Below are positions 47,241-51,715 of a DNA stretch of 51,715 nt, piece by piece (the first letter of the stretch is position 1; each line of letters opens with the position of its first letter). Source of the stretch: Meiothermus sp. (lineage in GTDB: Bacteria; Deinococcota; Deinococci; Deinococcales; Thermaceae). The stretch is taken from positions 1-51,715 of the forward strand of contig JANRLD010000113.1 in assembly GCA_033762915.1 (NCBI GenBank), written 5' to 3'. Below the pieces are notes generated by a model. It searched no databases, was not told the DNA's origin, and saw only the letters and a list, made by a program, of their open reading frames with translations. Made by a program: the position numbers and the translations under genes.

Positions 47241-49988
47241 GTGGCCGACCTCCGCTGGTTCCTCTTGGGCACACCCAGGGCCGAGTACCGGGGCCAGCCC
47301 TGCCACCTCGAGCGGCGCAAGGCGGTGGCGCTGGCGACCTACCTGCTGCTGAACCCCAAGGCCCACAGCCGCGAAAAGCTGACCGAGCTGCTGTGGCCGC
47401 GCCTCGGCCCGGACGAGGCGCGAGCTGCCCTGCGGGCCACCCTGCCCGCCCTGACCAGGCTGGCCCCCGGACCCTGGCTGAGCGTGGACCGGCAGAGCGT
47501 CGGGGCGGACGAAGGATGGGTATGGAGCGATGCGGGCCGCTTCGGCGAACTCCTCGAGGCGCTGCGCCAGCACGACCACCCACCCGAGACGCCCTGCCCG
47601 GCCTGCCTCGAGACCATGCAAGAGGCCGTGGGGATCTACCGGGGCCACCTGCTCGAGGGCTTCGGGCTGGACGACGCGCCGGAGTTCAACCACTGGCTGA
47701 GCCTGCAGCGCGAGTGGCTGAGCCAGTCCCAGGCCAAACTGCTGCGCGCCCTGAGCCTGTATTTCGCCCCCCTCGAGCGCGAAAAGTCGTTGCGCTACCT
47801 GCGCCGGTGGGTCGAGCACGAGCCGCTGCACGAGCCCGCCCACCGCCTGCTGATGCGCGTCCTGTACGAGAACGGGCAGCGGGCCGAGGCCCTACAGCAG
47901 TACCAGGCCTTTGCGCGGCTGCTCGAGGCCGGGCTAGCCACCCCGCCCGAGGAGGAGACCACCCGCCTCTATCAGAGCATCCGCAGCCGCGAGGAAATCC
48001 CCTCCGCCCCCGGCGGCCTGGTGGCGCTGACGCCCCCGTTGCCGCCGCTGCTGGTGGGCCGGGAGGGCGACCTTTACAACCTGCGGCAACGCCTGAGCGC
48101 CGGGGGCGAGCGGCGCGCGCTCACGGTGGTCGAGGGCTGGCCGGGGGTGGGCAAGAGCACCCTCAGCGCCACCCTGGCCCACGACCCCACCATCGCCGGG
48201 GACTTTCCGGACGGCGTGCTGTGGGCCACGCTGGGCCAGAGCCCCAACAAGCTGGCCGAGCTGCTGCTGTGGGCCGACGCGCTCCGCCTCACCACCCCGC
48301 CCAACCCGACCCCCGCCCTCCTGAGCCGCCAGATCGGCGCAGCCCTGCGCGGGCGGCGGATGCTCCTGATCGTCGACGACGTGTGGCGGGCGGGGGACGC
48401 GGCCCCCTTCCTGGTCGGGGGGCCGCACTGCGCGACCGTCCTCACCACCCGCTCCGACCCGGTGGCGCTGGCCTTGGCCCCAGCTGCGCGCGACCTCTAC
48501 CGGCTCAGCCCCCTCGAGCCCGACGACGGCCTGAGGCTGCTCGAGGCCGTCAGCCCCCAGACTGTGCAGCAGCACCCCGAGGCCTCGAGGCAACTGGTGA
48601 GCGACCTGGGGGGCCTTCCGCTGGCGCTGCGGGTGGCGGGGCGGCTCTTGGAGACCGAGGCCCGGCTGGGCGGCGACACGGCACAGCTGCTCGACGAGCT
48701 GCGGCAGGGCGCGGGACTGCTCGAGGCCGAGGCCCCCCTGGACCGGCTGGATGGGCTCGAGGGGGGGCCGCAAACCCTGCCCACAGTGGCGGCCCTGCTG
48801 CGCCAGAGCACCGACGGCTTGGAACCCGCCGACCGGCGGCGCTTCGCCCTGCTCAGCCTGTTTATGCCCAAGCCCGGCAGCTTCGACCTGGAGGCCCTGG
48901 CCGCGCTGTGGGAGACCCCCGACCCCAAGCCCACGGTGCGCCGGCTGGTGGGACGGGGGCTGCTCGAGCCCACCGGCGGCGGGCGCTTTCAGATCCACGC
49001 CCTGCTGACCCTGCATGCCCGAACGCTGCTGGAGCCGGGCGAGGGCGAGGCCGCCCGACGGCGCTACAAGCGGCACTACCTGGGGCTGCTGGGCCGCCAG
49101 CACCGTGCCCTGCTGGGGCCGGGGCAGCAGGAGGCCATCGCCGCCATCGGGCGCGAACTCGAGCCCGTATCCCGCGCTTGGCTGTGGGCGGTCGAGGACG
49201 GCGACGGCGAACTGCTCGAGGCGGCCACCTTCACCCTCAGCGCCTACATGACCCACACCGGCCGCCTCACCTTGGGGGCCGAACTCTACGCGCCTGCTGC
49301 GGCTCGAGCCTGGGCCAGCCCCCTGACCCAGGCCCACCTGGCGGGCGCGTATGGCTGGGTGCAAATCCTGCTGGGCCAGCCCGCCGAGGGCGAGGCGCGG
49401 ATGCACGAGGAACTCGAGCGCTTCCAGCGGCACCGGGCGACGGGTGCCGTCCCCGTGGTGCTGGCGGCCTGCCTGGGCTCCTGGTACGCCGCCACCGGCC
49501 GCCCCGACCGGGCTGAAGCGCTGTTTGCACAGTCTTTGCAGGCCCTGCGCGACGGGCCGGACGACGACTCAGACTGGGCCAGGGTGCAGCTCGAGGGCTT
49601 TAGGGCTGGCCTCGAGCGCTCCCAGGGCCAACCCCAGGCCGCGCTGGGGCGGCTCGAGGAAGCCCTCGCGCTGGCCGGGCGGGTGGGCGACGGGGTGCAG
49701 ACCAGTTGGCTGCGCTCGGTCAAGGCCGAGACCCTCTTGCAGCAGGGCAGGGCCGAAGAGGCCGAGGCGCTAATCCGGGCCAACTGGCGCTACTTCCGCA
49801 CCGTGGACAACCGCTGGGGCGCGGTCACGGCGCTCAAAAGCCTGGGCCTGCTGGCCGAGAGCCGCGGCCAGGCCGAGGCGGCCCTGGACTACCTCGAGGA
49901 AGCCCTGGAGTCGGTGGGCCAGGTGGGCGATCACGCCCTCAAGCTCGAGATCGCCGAGCACATCGCCCGGCTGCGGGGGGCGGTGTAG
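47241..49988 (+). CDS. SARP/BTAD - NB-ARC (STAND) - TPR transcriptional regulator
   Basis: LLGTP..RKAVAL..SREKLTELLWP wHTH, BTAD (YRGHLLEGF, EPLHEPAHRLLM), Walker A GWPGVGKS, LIVDDVW, GGLPLAL, TPRs. Confidence 0.9.
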   Translation: MADLRWFLLGTPRAEYRGQPCHLERRKAVALATYLLLNPKAHSREKLTELLWPRLGPDEARAALRATLPALTRLAPGPWLSVDRQSVGADEGWVWSDAGRFGELLEALRQHDHPPETPCPACLETMQEAVGIYRGHLLEGFGLDDAPEFNHWLSLQREWLSQSQAKLLRALSLYFAPLEREKSLRYLRRWVEHEPLHEPAHRLLMRVLYENGQRAEALQQYQAFARLLEAGLATPPEEETTRLYQSIRSREEIPSAPGGLVALTPPLPPLLVGREGDLYNLRQRLSAGGERRALTVVEGWPGVGKSTLSATLAHDPTIAGDFPDGVLWATLGQSPNKLAELLLWADALRLTTPPNPTPALLSRQIGAALRGRRMLLIVDDVWRAGDAAPFLVGGPHCATVLTTRSDPVALALAPAARDLYRLSPLEPDDGLRLLEAVSPQTVQQHPEASRQLVSDLGGLPLALRVAGRLLETEARLGGDTAQLLDELRQGAGLLEAEAPLDRLDGLEGGPQTLPTVAALLRQSTDGLEPADRRRFALLSLFMPKPGSFDLEALAALWETPDPKPTVRRLVGRGLLEPTGGGRFQIHALLTLHARTLLEPGEGEAARRRYKRHYLGLLGRQHRALLGPGQQEAIAAIGRELEPVSRAWLWAVEDGDGELLEAATFTLSAYMTHTGRLTLGAELYAPAAARAWASPLTQAHLAGAYGWVQILLGQPAEGEARMHEELERFQRHRATGAVPVVLAACLGSWYAATGRPDRAEALFAQSLQALRDGPDDDSDWARVQLEGFRAGLERSQGQPQAALGRLEEALALAGRVGDGVQTSWLRSVKAETLLQQGRAEEAEALIRANWRYFRTVDNRWGAVTALKSLGLLAESRGQAEAALDYLEEALESVGQVGDHALKLEIAEHIARLRGAV

Positions 49989-50018
49989 GAAAGGCTCGAG
50001 GGCGGCCGACCACGACGC

Positions 50019-50142
50019 TTAGCGAGTCGGCCAAGTACCCACACAGGAGTTATTGGCTCGACAAGTTTTCAGTATGATGTCAGGGTCTACGCCGCCATTA
50101 CACCCCGCACCCATGAGCAACAAACCCATCGCCTTTCTTCAT
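50019..50142 (-). pseudogene. Frameshifted small lipopeptide gene (peptide 5)
   Basis: GGAGGT RBS + ATG AAG AAA, then one extra base before AMGLLLMGAGCNGGVDPDIILKTCRANNSCVGTWPTR*. Confidence 0.6.
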
Positions 50143-50222
50143 ACTTACCTCCCAAATATGCATTGGCTAGGTGGCTCCGAATCCAAAGACATCTAGCCCC
50201 AACACCACCAATGGCCGCGAAC

Positions 50223-50354
50223 CTACCTGGGTTTGATGCACTGGTCGGGGTTCTTCTTGCAGAAGGTGGCTGCGTTGTCGTAGCAGCCGCCCAGCCCGCC
50301 CATTAACAAAGCCCCCATGCCCAAGGTCACCACGAATCGAATGATGTTCTTCAT
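50223..50354 (-). CDS. Small secreted (lipo)peptide, 43 aa (peptide 4)
   Basis: MKNIIRFVVTLGMGALLMGGLGGCYDNAATFCKKNPDQCIKPR; lipobox-like LGGC; purine-rich RBS. Confidence 0.7.
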   Translation of the reverse strand: MKNIIRFVVTLGMGALLMGGLGGCYDNAATFCKKNPDQCIKPR

Positions 50355-50394
50355 ACCCTTCCACCCCCCTGGCCCGATTGTCTGGCGCACACTG

Positions 50395-50426
50395 ATCGTA
50401 TGAGATGACCGCAACCCGGACGCAAC
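50395..50426 (-). promoter_or_regulatory. Direct-repeat promoter GTTGCG-N5-GTTGCG-N9-TACGAT
   Basis: CGCAAC at 50410 and 50421 (11-bp period), ATCGTA at 50395-50400. Confidence 0.65.
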
Positions 50427-50486
50427 AAACTCGAGGGTAATTGGTCGTTTATAGAGTCACGAAAGTTTTTTCACCCTCAAGACCAC

Positions 50487-50645
50487 CTAGGGAACAACAG
50501 CCCCGACAGAGAGACCGCCCGACGAAGGAGTAATAAGCGTAGGCTTCTGGCTTCGATTAGAGAAGTTGTTGTTCGCGCTCACCAACGTGCCGGTAAGCAT
50601 TAATCCGGCCAATAAAATCGCCACTACTTTTCCGAGCTTTTTCAT
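50487..50645 (-). CDS. Small secreted peptide, 52 aa (peptide 3)
   Basis: AAGGAGG RBS; MKKLGKVVAILLAGLMLTGTLVSA signal followed by NNNFSNRSQKPTLITPSSGGLSVGAVVP. Confidence 0.72.
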   Translation of the reverse strand: MKKLGKVVAILLAGLMLTGTLVSANNNFSNRSQKPTLITPSSGGLSVGAVVP

Positions 50646-50731
50646 ATCCTGCCTCCTTTTTGCCCTGCCCTTCAAACTTCAAGAAGCCAACACCACATGA
50701 ACGCAGCAAAAAACCTTGGCACGCCACTTTG

Positions 50732-50878
50732 TTATCGTGGACGTGGGGCTACCTCGAACACATACGACCTATCCTGAAATGTTCTGCCGTTCTGGGAGCT
50801 TTCGGCCAAGGCTCCCCCAAGAACACCCACCACCAAACCGATCACCGCCACGATCCAAAGCTTGCCGAGTTTCTTCAT
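50732..50878 (-). CDS. Small secreted peptide, 48 aa (peptide 2; not in supplied ORF track)
   Basis: GGGGAGAG RBS; MKKLGKLWIVAVIGLVVGVLGGALA signal followed by ESSQNGRTFQDRSYVFEVAPRPR. Confidence 0.72.
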   Translation of the reverse strand: MKKLGKLWIVAVIGLVVGVLGGALAESSQNGRTFQDRSYVFEVAPRPR

Positions 50879-50927
50879 GCGCTCTCCCCAAACAGACGAC
50901 GCTACGGCTTATGGCCGGTACTCTGGC

Positions 50928-51125
50928 CTACCGCCTAATCGGGCGGCACTCGCTGGGCAGAGCAGCGATGTGGGTTAGACCCGTCGCGCCTAAGAACCCG
51001 CCCGCCTTCACCACATTGGGCGAGAGGATGCATATCGAACCGGTCCTCGAGGCCGCCTGTCCCGCCCCCAGAACACCCAACATCACAACTGCGATACCAA
51101 TGGCTATAGTCCGGCTAGTCTTCAT
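50928..51125 (-). CDS. Small secreted peptide, 65 aa (peptide 1)
   Basis: AGGAGG RBS; MKTSRTIAIGIAVVMLGVLGAGQA signal followed by ASRTGSICILSPNVVKAGGFLGATGLTHIAALPSECRPIRR. Confidence 0.7.
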   Translation of the reverse strand: MKTSRTIAIGIAVVMLGVLGAGQAASRTGSICILSPNVVKAGGFLGATGLTHIAALPSECRPIRR

Positions 51126-51164
51126 GCGTTTGCCTCCTACACCGATGTTTTTTCCTGCATCCAC

Positions 51165-51198
51165 ACTCTAGAACGCCACCGCAACAGAATCGCAACAG
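51165..51198 (-). promoter_or_regulatory. Direct-repeat promoter CTGTTGCG-N3-CTGTTGCG-N9-TAGAGT
   Basis: CGCAACAG at 51180 and 51191 (11-bp period), ACTCTA at 51165-51170. Confidence 0.65.
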
Positions 51199-51405
51199 CC
51201 CGAGCCAACATTGGCGAAAATGCGCGTCCCGAACGGGGCTCATCGATGGTTTCATCTCCAGCCCACCAACGACCTTCCGGCTTGAGACGACGAACAGGCA
51301 GTAGCACCCACATAAGGGGCGGTCTCGAGCCGCATTCGGTGATGAAGATTTCTGCGCCCCAAACGCACGTCTTGTGGTCTGCAGTTCTCGAGTTGCTATT
51401 GGGGC

Positions 51406-51434
51406 TTGACAGTTCTCGAACTCCCATATACACT
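51406..51434 (+). promoter_or_regulatory. rRNA promoter
   Basis: TTGACA-17 nt-TACACT upstream of the 16S leader. Confidence 0.85.
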
Positions 51435-51577
51435 TCTCGTTGCGCCTCCGAAAGGAACGCACGAATCTTGACAAAGAAAGATCAGCAGAAATCACGATGT
51501 ACACGTCGTTTTCTCGGACGTTATAAACGAGATCTGAAGCCTAAAAACTTCTTCACTCGTCCCGCAAGGGCGAGCAC

Positions 51578-51715
<138 letters not shown>

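Noticed and set aside
50167..50364. 65-aa minus-strand ORF overlapping peptide 4
   Set aside because: No signal peptide or family resemblance; the 50223-50354 frame fits the cassette pattern better.

Overview
GC-rich chromosomal segment, most likely from a Deinococcota/Thermaceae (Meiothermus/Calidithermus-like) bacterium. This is inferred from the 16S 5' sequence, a Thermus-type CRP, many leaderless genes and very frequent CTCGAG. It runs from a tRNA-Gly(GCC), preceded by tandem 40-bp repeats containing the tRNA 5' end, to the start of a 16S rRNA gene. Core genes are crp, purK, pfkA and rsmI. Accessory parts: (i) an AT-richer, translationally coupled m4C-type DNA methyltransferase-HerA-NurA operon beside the tRNA (candidate defence system); (ii) a DUF559 nuclease behind an inverted pair of REP-like palindromes; (iii) a SARP/BTAD-NB-ARC-TPR regulator flanked by two matching direct-repeat promoters and followed by a lipoprotein/protease cluster; (iv) detoxification-type genes and a TetR-glycosyltransferase-ABC operon; (v) a solo AT-richer KAP NTPase; (vi) a second SARP/BTAD-NB-ARC-TPR regulator facing five tiny secreted-peptide genes (one frameshifted) behind two putative promoters of identical GTTGCG-N5-GTTGCG-N9-TAnnnT layout, the best candidate for an undescribed system. 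A structured ~70-110-bp dispersed repeat (4 copies) and a ~320-nt candidate structured RNA are also present. All family calls come from motif recognition by eye; no database searches were run.
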